From positions 9,170 to 73,169 of the forward strand of contig JAFEDR010000013.1 of the NCBI GenBank assembly GCA_018241525.1: DNA of 64,000 nt, in the 5' to 3' direction. The notes beneath the pieces are model-generated. The model made no database searches. It saw only the letters and a program-made list of their open reading frames with translations, and had not been told where the DNA came from. Below, in pieces: positions 1 through 8,773 of the stretch (its first letter is position 1; each line of letters starts with the position of its first letter). The translations under genes and the position numbers were made by a program. The stretch comes from Pseudomonadota bacterium (GTDB taxonomy: Bacteria; Pseudomonadota; Gammaproteobacteria; Steroidobacterales; Steroidobacteraceae).

Positions 1-351
1 GATGCCGGAGATGATCTCGATCGGGTGGCCGAGCGCCTCGCGGGCGCGCTCGAGGAAGCCGGCCTTGCGGCGCGCCTTGCGCAGCGTGTTGGTGCCGACC
101 ACGCGCACGCTCTCGGCCTGCATGTCCCGCAGCCGCTGGCCGAAGCGCGCGAGCGCACCGAGCGCGCGGTCGGTGGCCTCCTTCGAGAGCCGGCCGTGCT
201 CGTCGAGGCCGGCGGCGAGCCGCACCATCTCGCGCAGCCGGTCGACGATCGTCAGCTGGCCGTGCGAGTAGCGCGCGACCACCATGTGGAAGCTGTTGGA
301 GCCGAGATCGACCGCGGCCAGGACGTCCGGGATGCGCTTCGACGCCGGCAT
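1..351 (-). CDS. ppx: Exopolyphosphatase / pppGpp phosphohydrolase family (Ppx/GppA), N-terminal 117 codons; rest of gene lies beyond window start
   Basis: Not in the ORF track because it runs off the edge. Hand translation of the reverse strand from ATG at 351 gives MPASKRIPDVLAAVDLGSNSFHMVVARYSHGQLTIVDRLREMVRLAAGLDEHGRLSKEA...GHPIEIISGI. The AAVDLGSNSFHM and IEIISG motifs are typical of the Ppx/GppA N-terminus. Confidence 0.8.
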   Translation of the reverse strand, partial: MPASKRIPDVLAAVDLGSNSFHMVVARYSHGQLTIVDRLREMVRLAAGLDEHGRLSKEATDRALGALARFGQRLRDMQAESVRVVGTNTLRKARRKAGFLERAREALGHPIEIISGI

Positions 352-396
352 CAGGTCACGGCCAGCCGCGCCGGCCGTCTGCGCCGCCCGGCCCGC

Positions 397-774
397 TCAG
401 GCCGAGAACGACGAGCCGCAGCCGCACGTGGTCTTGGCGTTCGGGTTGCGGATCACGAACTGCGCGCCGTCGAGGCCCTCGCGGTAGTCGATCTCGGCGC
501 CGATCAGGTACTGGAAGCTCATCGGGTCGATCAGCAGCGTCACGCCCTGGTTCTCGACCGTCATGTCGCCCTCGTCGACGTTCTCGTCGAAGGTGAAGCC
601 GTACTGGAAGCCGGAGCAGCCGCCGCCCTGCACGTAGACGCGCAGCTTCAGCGCCGGGTTCGCCTCCTCGCGGATGAGCTCGCCCACCTTGGTCGCCGCG
701 GCGTCGGTGAAGACCAGCGACGGCGGCGGGGCGGCGCCCGGGGGCGCGGCGGTCGGTGCGGGTTGCTCGCTCAT
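397..774 (-). CDS. erpA: Iron-sulfur cluster insertion protein ErpA (A-type carrier, IscA/HesB family)
   Basis: ORF 397..816. It has [14 protein letters not shown] and a terminal CGCGSSF motif, as in A-type Fe-S carriers. Start moved to ATG 774 (MSEQPAP...). Confidence 0.9.
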   Translation of the reverse strand: MSEQPAPTAAPPGAAPPPSLVFTDAAATKVGELIREEANPALKLRVYVQGGGCSGFQYGFTFDENVDEGDMTVENQGVTLLIDPMSFQYLIGAEIDYREGLDGAQFVIRNPNAKTTCGCGSSFSA

Positions 775-849
775 GGAACCATCCCAAATCAATGACTTAG
801 CCCATTTTAGTCCCATGCCCCGGCGGGGTCAAAGATCCCGTCCGGGGGC

Positions 850-1929
850 CTAGACGGCGTAGCCGTAGGGCTGCGCCAGCACGCTGCCCGGCCGCTCGCG
901 CCCGAGCGTGCGCGCCGCGTGGAAGGTCCAGTGCGGGTCATCCAGCAGCGCCTTGCCGAGGATCACGAGCTCGAGCCCGCCCGCGCGCACCAGCGAGTCG
1001 GCGAGCGCCGCGTCGCGGATCTTCCACGAGCAGCCGGCCGGCAGCCCCGCCTCGCGCCCGACCCGCGCCGCGACCGGCGCGAGGAAGCCGGGCGTGCCGA
1101 ACGGCACGCCGCTGACGTCGGGCGTGTTGAAGCCGAGCGAGACGTCGATGAAGTCGAGCCCGCCGGCCTTCATGCGCCGCACGAGCTCGATCGACTCCTC
1201 GAGCGGCTGCTCGCCGGGCACGTAGTCGGCGACGCCGAGCCGCGCCATCAGCGGCAGCGACTCCGGCCACACCGCGCGCACCGCGGCGAGCGTCTCGAGC
1301 AGGAAGCGCGCGCGGTTCTCGAAGCTGCCGCCGTAGCGGTCGCGGCGCCGGTTCGCGAGCGGCGAGAAGAAGCTCTGGCCGAGGTAGCCGTGCGCGAAAT
1401 GCAGCATCAGCACCTGGAATCCCGCCGCGTGCGCGCGGCGCGCGGCCGCGACGAAGTCCTCGCGCACCCGCGCGATGTCGGCCTCGGTCATCTCCCGCGG
1501 CACGCGCGGCAGGTGCGCGCCGAAGGCCAGCGCCGAGGGCGCGACGATCTCCCAGCCACCCTCGGCCGGCTCGAGGTGGCGCTCGCCCTCCCAGGGGCGC
1601 TGCGCGCTCGCCTTGCGGCCGGCGTGCGCGATCTGGATCCCCGGCACCGCGCCCTGCGAGCGCACGAAGCGCGCGATCCGCGCGAACACCTCGGCCTGCT
1701 CGTCGTTCCAGAGGCCGGTGCAGCCCGGCGTGATCCGTCCCTCGGGCGAGACGCCGGTCGCCTCCGCGAACACGAGGCCGACGCCGCCGGCGGCGCGCGC
1801 CCCGAGGTGCACGAGGTGCCAGTCGTTCGGCACCCCGTCGATCGCGGAGTACTGGCACATCGGCGACATCACCACGCGGTTGCGCAGCGTGACGCCCTTG
1901 AGGGTGTAGGGACTGAACAGGTCGGGCAC
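850..1929 (-). CDS. NADH:flavin oxidoreductase, Old Yellow Enzyme family (YqjM/NamA-like)
   Basis: 359-aa ORF with SPMCQY, IQIAHAGRKAS and HFAHGYLGQSF motifs characteristic of YqjM-type OYE flavoenzymes. Confidence 0.9.
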   Translation of the reverse strand: MPDLFSPYTLKGVTLRNRVVMSPMCQYSAIDGVPNDWHLVHLGARAAGGVGLVFAEATGVSPEGRITPGCTGLWNDEQAEVFARIARFVRSQGAVPGIQIAHAGRKASAQRPWEGERHLEPAEGGWEIVAPSALAFGAHLPRVPREMTEADIARVREDFVAAARRAHAAGFQVLMLHFAHGYLGQSFFSPLANRRRDRYGGSFENRARFLLETLAAVRAVWPESLPLMARLGVADYVPGEQPLEESIELVRRMKAGGLDFIDVSLGFNTPDVSGVPFGTPGFLAPVAARVGREAGLPAGCSWKIRDAALADSLVRAGGLELVILGKALLDDPHWTFHAARTLGRERPGSVLAQPYGYAV

Positions 1930-1985
1930 GGCGAGGATCCGGCGGCGCGGCCGGCCGGCCGCGCGGGGATTCTAGCGAGCGCCGG

Positions 1986-3491
1986 TTACGCCGGGAGTGC
2001 GGGCCGCCGCAGCCCGACGCGGGTCGCCTGCTCGAAGGCGTGCGCGAGCTCGAGGAGCGCGCGGTCGCCGCGGTAGCGGCCGACGAGCTGCAGCCCGACC
2101 GGCAGCCCACCCGGCGTGAACCCCGCCGGCACCGAGATCGCCGGCTGCCAGGTGGCGGTGAACCAGTAGGCGGACTGCATCCACTCGATGTAGTGGCTCA
2201 TCGGCCGACCGGCGACCGCGTGCGGCCAGTCGAGCGCGGCGTCGAAGGGCGCGAGCTGGTTGACCGCGCAGGCGATCGCGTCGTGGCGCTCGTGGAAGCG
2301 CCGCATCGCGCCCATCAGCTCGGCGTGCGCGGTCAGCGCGCGGCCGATCTCGCGGGCGCCGAGCCGGCTGCCGGCCTCGATCTCGCCGACCGCCTCGGGC
2401 TTGAGCTCGGCGCGGTGCGCCTCGAGCAGCCCGCCCCAGACGATGAACGAGCGCAGCGCGCGCAGCGTCAGGAACACCTCGTCGGCGTGCGCGAGCGGCG
2501 GCACCGCCTCCTCGACCACGCAGCCGAGCGACTCGAGCACCGGCCGCTGCGCCTCGAGCACCGCGCGCACCGCGGGCTCCAGCGGCAGGCCGCCGAGGTC
2601 AGGGCACCACGCGACGCGGGTGCCCTTCGGGTCGCGGCCGAGCGGCGCCGCGAGCGCGGCGGGGTCAGACTCGTAAACGCCCGGGTCGCGCGGGTCGGCG
2701 CCGGCGAGCACGCCGAGCAGCAGCGCCGCGTCCGCCACCGTGCGCGCCATCGGGCCCTTGACCGCGAAGCCGTAGAACGGCAGCGCCGAGGGCCCGGTCG
2801 GCACGAGGCCGACCGTCGGCCGGAAGCCGACGACGTTGTTGAAGTTGGCGGGGTTGCGCAGCGAGCCGCCGAGGTCGCTGCCGTCGGCGAGCGCGAGCAT
2901 GCCGGTCGCGAGCCCGACGCCCGCCCCGCCCGAGGAGCCGCCGGCGCTCTTCGACGGGTCGTAGGGATTGCGGGTGGTGCCGTAGACCGGGTTGTAGGTG
3001 TGCGAACCCATGCCGAACTCGGGCGAGTTCGTCCGGCCGATCGGCACCACGCCGGCGCGCTTCAGGCGCTCGACGACCAGCGAGTCGGCGGTTGCGGTCG
3101 CGTGGCGGAACACCGGCGAGCCGCGCGTCCAGGGCTGGCCGACCACCGGCTCGAGGTCCTTGAACGCCCACGGCAGCCCCGCGAGCGGCCCGAGCGGCTC
3201 GCCGCGCGCGCGACGCTCGTCGACCGCGCGGGCGAGCGCGAGGCATTCCTCCTCCGGCGTCCGCGCGACGATCGCGTTGACCGTCGGGTTCCAGCGGGCG
3301 ATGCGCTCGAGGTGCGCCTGCATGAGCTCCTGCGCCGACACCGCCCGCGTCGCGAGCAGCCTCAGTTGCGCGCTCGCCTCGAGGTCGCAGAGCGCGTCGC
3401 CGGCGGCGGGCGCGGCCGCCGCGCGCGGGCCACCGACGCCGACCGCCGCCACGGCGGCGGCCCCGAGGAAGTCCCGACGATTGAGGTCCAT
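1986..3491 (-). CDS. Amidase-signature family amidase with twin-arginine signal (copy 1)
   Basis: 501-aa ORF. The amidase-signature core is GMGSHTYNPVYG...KSAGGSSGGAG...DLGGSLRNPA. The N-terminus MDLNRRDFLGAAAVAAVG looks like a Tat signal. Confidence 0.9.
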   Translation of the reverse strand: MDLNRRDFLGAAAVAAVGVGGPRAAAAPAAGDALCDLEASAQLRLLATRAVSAQELMQAHLERIARWNPTVNAIVARTPEEECLALARAVDERRARGEPLGPLAGLPWAFKDLEPVVGQPWTRGSPVFRHATATADSLVVERLKRAGVVPIGRTNSPEFGMGSHTYNPVYGTTRNPYDPSKSAGGSSGGAGVGLATGMLALADGSDLGGSLRNPANFNNVVGFRPTVGLVPTGPSALPFYGFAVKGPMARTVADAALLLGVLAGADPRDPGVYESDPAALAAPLGRDPKGTRVAWCPDLGGLPLEPAVRAVLEAQRPVLESLGCVVEEAVPPLAHADEVFLTLRALRSFIVWGGLLEAHRAELKPEAVGEIEAGSRLGAREIGRALTAHAELMGAMRRFHERHDAIACAVNQLAPFDAALDWPHAVAGRPMSHYIEWMQSAYWFTATWQPAISVPAGFTPGGLPVGLQLVGRYRGDRALLELAHAFEQATRVGLRRPALPA

Positions 3492-3503
3492 GCGCTGCTC
3501 CGT

Positions 3504-5012
3504 TCAGGCGCCCAACGTCGGCCGGCGCCGGCCCACCCCGGTCGCCGCCTCGAAGGCATGCGCGAATTCCAGCAGCCGCCGGTCCTCGAGGCGCCGGCCG
3601 ACGAGCTGCAGCCCGACCGGCAGCCCGCCCGGCGTGAAGCCGGCCGGCATCGAGATCGCCGGTTGCCAGGTGGTCGTGATCGACCAGGCCGAGCGCATCC
3701 ACTCGATGTAATGCGCCATCGTCCGCCCGGCGACCGCGTGCGGCCAGTCGATCGCGGCATCGAACGGCGCCACCTGGTTGACGGCGCAGGCAATCAGCTC
3801 GTAGCGCTCGTGGAAGCGGCGCATCCGGCCGAGCAGCTCGGCGTGCGCCTCGAAGGCACGCGCGACGTCCGTTCCCGAGAGCCGCAGCCCGGCCTCGGCC
3901 TCCTCGATCGCCTCGGGTTTCACCTGCGCGCGATGCTCCGCGAGCAGCGGGGCGAGCCACGAGGCCGTCTGCCAGCGGCGCAGCGTCAGGAAGATCTCGT
4001 CGGCGCGCGCGAGCGGCGGCACGGCCTCCTCGACCACGCAGCCGAGCGACTCGAGCACCGGCCGCTGCGCGTCGAGGACGGCGCGCACCGCGGGCTCCAC
4101 CGGCAGGCCGCCGAGGTCCGGGCACCAGGCGATGCGCGTGCCGCGCACCTCGCGCTCGAGCGCGCCCGCGAAGCGCGCCGGGTCCGAGGGCAGGCAGCCC
4201 GGGTCGCGCGGGTCGGGCCCGGAGATCACCGACATCGCGAGCGCGACGTCGCGCACCGAACGGCCGATCGGTCCCTTGACCGTGAAGCCGAGGAACGGCA
4301 GCGACTCCGGGGCGAGCGGCACGAGCCCGACGCTCGGCCGGAAGCCGACGACGTTGTTGAAGTTGGCGGGATTGCGCAGCGAGCCGCCGAGGTCGCTGCC
4401 GTCGGCGAGCGCCAGCATGCCGGTCGTCACCGACGCCGCGGCCCCGCCCGAGGAACCCCCGGCGCTCTTCGACGGGTCGTAGGGGTTGCGGGTCGTGCCG
4501 TAGACCGGGTTGTAGGTGTGCGAGCCCATGCCGAACTCGGGGACGTTGGTCTTGCCGATCGGCACGACGCCCGCGCGGCGCAGTCGCTCGACCAGCACCG
4601 TGTCGCTGGTCGGGCGGAAGTCGCGGTAGATCGGCGAGCCCGAGGTGCACGGGAAGCCGACCGCGTCCTCGAGGTCCTTGAATGCCCACGGCAGGCCCGC
4701 GAGCGGCCCCTGCGGCTCGCCGCGGCCGCGGCGCCGGTCCGCCTCCGTCGCGAGCGCAAGGCACGCCTCGTGGGGCAGTCGCGCGACGATCGCGTTGACC
4801 CGGCCGTTCCAGGCATCGATCCGCGCCAGCTGCGCCGCCATCAGCTCGCGCGCCGAGAGCGTGCCGGCGGCAAGGTGCGCGACGAGATCGGTCGCGTCGG
4901 CATCGCAGGGGTCGGCCGGCAGCGGCGCCGGCTTCGCGCGTGCGGCAGGCAGCGCGCCCCACGCCGCCGCGCCGAGGGCGGCCGAGACGAAGCGGCGTCG
5001 GTCGAGGGGCAT
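3504..5012 (-). CDS. Amidase-signature family amidase with twin-arginine signal (copy 2, tandem paralog)
   Basis: ORF 3504..5105 with the same GGSSGG / GGSLRNPA core as copy 1. Start moved to ATG 5012 (MPLDRRRFVSAALGAAAWGALPAARA, Tat-like). The 31 upstream codons are R/P/S-rich and look non-coding. Confidence 0.85.
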   Translation of the reverse strand: MPLDRRRFVSAALGAAAWGALPAARAKPAPLPADPCDADATDLVAHLAAGTLSARELMAAQLARIDAWNGRVNAIVARLPHEACLALATEADRRRGRGEPQGPLAGLPWAFKDLEDAVGFPCTSGSPIYRDFRPTSDTVLVERLRRAGVVPIGKTNVPEFGMGSHTYNPVYGTTRNPYDPSKSAGGSSGGAAASVTTGMLALADGSDLGGSLRNPANFNNVVGFRPSVGLVPLAPESLPFLGFTVKGPIGRSVRDVALAMSVISGPDPRDPGCLPSDPARFAGALEREVRGTRIAWCPDLGGLPVEPAVRAVLDAQRPVLESLGCVVEEAVPPLARADEIFLTLRRWQTASWLAPLLAEHRAQVKPEAIEEAEAGLRLSGTDVARAFEAHAELLGRMRRFHERYELIACAVNQVAPFDAAIDWPHAVAGRTMAHYIEWMRSAWSITTTWQPAISMPAGFTPGGLPVGLQLVGRRLEDRRLLEFAHAFEAATGVGRRRPTLGA

Positions 5013-5429
5013 CGGCGATCTCCCGGCCGGAGGCGATGCTCGCGAGTCTACCGCGCGCCGGGAACGTGACGGACGGCGCAGCGGGAGCGGCGCCGGCCGC
5101 GGCAAACGCTACGCGCATCACAGTCCGGCGCCGCGCGCGGTGCTTTAGTCGCGCCCATGAGGACTCCCGCGTCCCCCGCCCGGCCCCGCGCCGGCCGATC
5201 CGCGCCCGAAGCGCCGGCCGCCGAGGCCGCCCCACCCCTGCCGGTGGCGGTCAAGCAGCAGGCGCAGCTGCGCTCGCCCTGGTGGCCGTGGCCGCGCTCG
5301 CCGGCGCTCGCGGGCGGCGCCACCGCCCCGGGACGCCGCCGCGGCCGCTGAGCGGCGGGACTTCCGCCGACGCCCGAGGCCGTGCCATGGTAGGCGCTGG
5401 CGTCGCCCGCGCCGCGACCGGAGTCGCCG

Positions 5430-5909
5430 ATGGCCAGCCTCTACGACCTCTCCGCCCGGACCCTCGACGGCCGCGAGCAATCGCTCGGCGACTACCGCGG
5501 CCAGGCACTGCTGATCGTGAACGTCGCGAGCAAGTGCGGCTTCACGCCCCAGTACCGCGGGCTCGAGGCGCTGCACCGCCGCCTCGCACCGAAGGGCTTC
5601 GCGGTGCTCGGCTTCCCGTGCGACCAGTTCGGGCACCAGGAGCCGGGCGACGAGGCCGAGATCGCGAAATTCTGCTCGACCACGTACGAGGTGAGCTTCC
5701 CGATGTTCGCCAAGATCGAGGTCAATGGGCCGAACGCGCACCCGCTCTACCGCGAGCTGAAGCAGGCCGCGACCGGCGTGCTCGGCACCGAGGCGATCAA
5801 GTGGAACTTCACCAAGTTCCTGGTCGACAAGGAAGGCCGGGTCGTGCGCCGCTACGCGCCGACCGACCGGCCCGAATGCCTCGAGCAGGACATCGTCGCG
5901 ATCCTCTGA
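5430..5909 (+). CDS. Glutathione peroxidase (BtuE/GPx family, Cys-type)
   Basis: 159-aa ORF with LLIVNVASKCGFTPQY (peroxidatic Cys encoded by TGC, not UGA), GFPCDQF and WNFTKFLV motifs. An in-frame TAG 39 nt upstream fixes the start. Confidence 0.92.
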   Translation: MASLYDLSARTLDGREQSLGDYRGQALLIVNVASKCGFTPQYRGLEALHRRLAPKGFAVLGFPCDQFGHQEPGDEAEIAKFCSTTYEVSFPMFAKIEVNGPNAHPLYRELKQAATGVLGTEAIKWNFTKFLVDKEGRVVRRYAPTDRPECLEQDIVAIL

Positions 5910-5931
5910 TCGCGACTGCCGCGGCGGCGGG

Positions 5932-6324
5932 CTAGGCGCCGGCCTTCGCCTCGTCGAGCGGCGCGGGCGCGCTCGGTGCGATCAGCCGGCCCTGGATCAC
6001 GGCGCCGGCCGCCATCTCGATGACCCCGTAGCTGACGTTGCCGGAGACCTTGGCGCCGGCGCCGAGGTCGACCTTGTCGCGCGCGCGGATGTCGCCGCGC
6101 ACCTCGCCGTGCACGACCACCCGCGGCACGTCCACCACGCCCTCGACGACCCCCTGCGGGCCGATCGAGAGCACGGCACTGCCCTCCGGGCTGGTCGTGA
6201 CGTTGCCCTTCACGTAGCCCTCGAGGTGCACGCCCCCGGTCACGATCAGATTGCCGTCGATGCGGGTTCCCGGGCCGATCAGCGTCTCGATCTTCGGGGG
6301 GGCGGGCTTCTTGCGGGCGAACAT
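5932..6324 (-). CDS. Bactofilin (polymer-forming cytoskeletal protein, DUF583)
   Basis: ORF 5932..6390 trimmed to ATG 6324, which is preceded by GGAGAA. It shows the repetitive beta-helical bactofilin pattern IGPGTRIDGNLIVTGGVHLEGYVKGNV...VVHGEVRGDIRARDKVDLGAGAKVSGNVSYGVIEMAAGAVIQGRL. Confidence 0.85.
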   Translation of the reverse strand: MFARKKPAPPKIETLIGPGTRIDGNLIVTGGVHLEGYVKGNVTTSPEGSAVLSIGPQGVVEGVVDVPRVVVHGEVRGDIRARDKVDLGAGAKVSGNVSYGVIEMAAGAVIQGRLIAPSAPAPLDEAKAGA

Positions 6325-6340
6325 CCGGTTTCTCCAGGGC

Positions 6341-7060
6341 TCAGGTCGTGTCGATCTTCCAAGGGTAGGCCTGTCGGATCGGAGATGCACCCTTGGAAGG
6401 CCGCACCTCGACCTCGATGTTGCGCGGCTGGAAGTCGGCCGGCAGCTCGATCTCGGCCTCCAGCTCCTGGAAATAGCGGAACGAGAAGTTCAGCACGCGT
6501 GCCGAGACGCCGATCTCGGCCAGCGGCAGCGTCGCCGCGTGGCCGGCGCGCGTGCCTTCGATCGAGAAGTCCGCGCTCGCCTGCGAGACCGCGTCCTGGT
6601 GCGCCGCCTGCACGAGCACGAGGCGCACGCGGAAGTGCCGCGGCTTGATCGCCGGCTGCACCCGCAGCCGCTGCACGCGCATGCCGAGGATGCCGTCGCT
6701 CGGGTTCAGCACGCTGCGGTAGAAGGCGAGCTCCTGGTTCGCCTCGCCGAGCCGGCCCTGCAGCTCGCTCAGCGACTTCTCGACCTGCGCCTGTGCCTCG
6801 CGGTCGACGCGCCGCGCGACCTCGAGCGTGGCGAGCTTCGCGTCGGTCTCCTGCAGGCGCTTCTGCAGCGCCGCGATCTCGCCGTTCTTCTCGAGCCGCT
6901 CGCCGGCCGCGCTCGCGATCGAGTAGCCGGATAGGTAGCGGCCAGCCTCGAAGGCGCCCCACAGCGCCAGCAGGCCGCCGAGCACGAGCGCGGCCCAGAG
7001 CACCAGGCCGCGCCCGGGCGCGTGCGGCGTGACGACCAGCCGTCGGGTCTCGGTGGGCAT
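6341..7060 (-). CDS. Membrane-anchored coiled-coil protein of unknown function (possibly DUF6776-like)
   Basis: 239-aa ORF with an N-terminal TM helix (GLVLWAALVLGGLLALWGAF). A coiled-coil stretch follows (EKNGEIAALQKRLQETDAKLATLEVARRVDREAQAQVEKSLSELQGRL), then a beta-rich C-domain. The family label is from memory and unverified. Confidence 0.7.
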   Translation of the reverse strand: MPTETRRLVVTPHAPGRGLVLWAALVLGGLLALWGAFEAGRYLSGYSIASAAGERLEKNGEIAALQKRLQETDAKLATLEVARRVDREAQAQVEKSLSELQGRLGEANQELAFYRSVLNPSDGILGMRVQRLRVQPAIKPRHFRVRLVLVQAAHQDAVSQASADFSIEGTRAGHAATLPLAEIGVSARVLNFSFRYFQELEAEIELPADFQPRNIEVEVRPSKGASPIRQAYPWKIDTT

Positions 7061-7081
7061 GCCGGCGGAGTCCCGCGCGCC

Positions 7082-7660
7082 TCAGCCCGGGGCCGGCGCC
7101 GCGCCGCCTTCGGCCGCGCGCGCCGCGTCGGCGGCGGCCTCGGCTTCCCACCACGACGGGTACGGCGGCAGCCCGGCGGGGAAGGCGAGCCGGCCGAGTT
7201 CGTGCAATGCGCGCCGGTAGACTGCGCGCTTGAAGTAGATGACCTCGCGCACCGGATCCCAGAAGTCCGCCCAGCGGAAGCGGTCGAACTCCGGCGGCTC
7301 GTCGGTCGCATCGAAGCGCAGCCGGCCCTCGTCGCCGCGGAAGCGCAGCAGCGCCCAGCGCTGCTTCTGGCCGATGCAGCGCGGCAGGCCGTTGCGGCGC
7401 ACGTACTGGCGCGGCAGCTCGTAGCGCAGCCACTCGCGCGTCTCGCCGACGTACTCGACGTCGCGCGCGCCGAGGCCGACCTCCTCGTTCAGCTCGCGGT
7501 AGAGCGCGTCCGCGAACGGCTCCTCGGGCTGGATGCCGCCCTGCGGGAACTGCCAGCCGCGACCCCCGGTCCGCCCGCCGAGGAATACCCGCCCGTCGTC
7601 GCGCATCAGGACGATGCCAACGTTGGCGCGATAGCCATCCGCGTCGATCCAGTCGCTCAT
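7082..7660 (-). CDS. rppH: RNA pyrophosphohydrolase RppH (NudH)
   Basis: 192-aa ORF with GYRANVGIVL, the Nudix box GGIQPEEPFADALYRELNEEVGL and REWLRYELP, typical of RppH. Confidence 0.92.
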   Translation of the reverse strand: MSDWIDADGYRANVGIVLMRDDGRVFLGGRTGGRGWQFPQGGIQPEEPFADALYRELNEEVGLGARDVEYVGETREWLRYELPRQYVRRNGLPRCIGQKQRWALLRFRGDEGRLRFDATDEPPEFDRFRWADFWDPVREVIYFKRAVYRRALHELGRLAFPAGLPPYPSWWEAEAAADAARAAEGGAAPAPG

Positions 7661-7767
7661 CGGGCCCTCGGGGGAGGGGGGCAGACCGATTCTTTCACAC
7701 GCTTCCCGGGCCGGCCAACCTGCCGGCCGGCCACGGATCAGGGTAGGCTCGTCCGCCCGTCCCCGCC

Positions 7768-8772
7768 GTGAACCCGGTCGTGCTGCCCGCCCTCGCCCGC
7801 CGCCCCGCGCTGACCCTGACGCTGCTCGCGCTCGCCGCGCTCGCGGTGCTCGCCGCCGCGCTCTCGATCGGCAGCGCCGGCCCCGGCCCGGCGGCGCTCT
7901 GGCACGGGCTGTGGGCGGGCGACGACCCGCTGGCGCGCTCGCTGGTGCTGTCGCTGCGGCTGCCGCGCGCGCTGACCGCGTTCGGCGCCGGCGCCCTGCT
8001 CGCCCTGGCCGGGGTCGCGATGCAGGTGCTGCTGCGCAACCCGCTGGCCGACCCGTACGTGCTCGGCCTCTCGGGCGGCGCCGCGGTCGCCGCGCTCGGC
8101 GCGATGCTGCTCGGGCTCGGCGCCTGGGCCGTGCAGGCCGCGGCTTTCAGCGGCGCGCTCGCCGCGACGCTGACGGTGTTCGCGCTCGCGCAGGGCCCCG
8201 GGGGCTGGACGCCGACGCGGCTGCTGCTGACCGGCGTCGTGGTCGCTGCCGGCACCGGTGCCCTGGTCAGCCTGCTGCTCGCGGCCGGCGACCCGACCGT
8301 GCTGCGCGGCATGGTCTTCTGGCTGATGGGCGACCTCGCCTGGGCGAGCTCGCCCGCCGGGCTGCTGGCGCTGGTCGCGATCGCGGTGCCGGCCGGCATG
8401 CTCGCGGCGCGTCCGCTCAACGTGCTGGCGCGCGGCGAGGTGCAGGCGCGGCTCCTCGGGATCGCCGTGACGCCGATGCGCGGCGGCCTGTTCGTGGTCG
8501 CGAGCCTGCTGACCGCGGCCACGGTCACGAGCGTCGGCGCGGTCGGCTTCGTCGGGCTCGTGACGCCGCACCTCGTGCGGCTCGCGCTCGGTTCCGACCA
8601 CCGGCGCGTGGTGCCGGCGGCGGCGCTCGCCGGCGGCACGCTGCTGGTGGCCGCCGACCTCCTGTCGCGCACGCTGCTCGCGCCGCGCCAGCTGCCGGTC
8701 GGCGCGCTGACGGCGCTGATCGGCGTGCCGCTCTTCCTGGTGCTGATGCGCCGGGCGCAGCCGGCGACCTGA
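7768..8772 (+). CDS. FecCD/BtuC-family ABC importer permease (cobalamin or iron-chelate type)
   Basis: 334-aa ORF from GTG 7768, highly hydrophobic with about 9-10 helices. It ends with the LPVGALTALIGVPLFLVLM motif typical of BtuC/FecCD permeases. Confidence 0.88.
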   Translation: MNPVVLPALARRPALTLTLLALAALAVLAAALSIGSAGPGPAALWHGLWAGDDPLARSLVLSLRLPRALTAFGAGALLALAGVAMQVLLRNPLADPYVLGLSGGAAVAALGAMLLGLGAWAVQAAAFSGALAATLTVFALAQGPGGWTPTRLLLTGVVVAAGTGALVSLLLAAGDPTVLRGMVFWLMGDLAWASSPAGLLALVAIAVPAGMLAARPLNVLARGEVQARLLGIAVTPMRGGLFVVASLLTAATVTSVGAVGFVGLVTPHLVRLALGSDHRRVVPAAALAGGTLLVAADLLSRTLLAPRQLPVGALTALIGVPLFLVLMRRAQPAT

Positions 8773-8773
8773 G

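Noticed and set aside
2040-5235. Very long ORFs overlapping the amidase genes (2040..5069 +, 1009 aa; 2665..5235 -, 856 aa)
   Set aside because: Their composition is extreme Arg/Ala/Gly/Pro with no recognisable motifs. They lie antisense or out of frame to two well-supported amidase genes. They are typical high-GC shadow ORFs.
5013-5429. 417-nt gap between amidase copy 2 and the glutathione peroxidase gene. I looked for a small gene, a riboswitch or a regulator site.
   Set aside because: The candidate ORFs (5157..5351 +, 5048..5323 -) are R/P/A-rich with no SD or motif, and no riboswitch-like conserved core is visible. In-frame extension of gpx is blocked by TAG at 5391. I cannot assign a feature.
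5430-5909. Possible selenocysteine recoding in the glutathione peroxidase
   Set aside because: The peroxidatic residue is an ordinary Cys codon in VASKCGFT, and there is no in-frame UGA.
7661-7767. Possible second B12 riboswitch in the leader of the BtuC-like permease (GGCCGGCC...GGCCGGCC hairpin at 7709-7732)
   Set aside because: The gap is only about 107 nt and lacks the GGGAA/GCCACTG/B12-box elements. The hairpin is just two copies of a GC palindrome.
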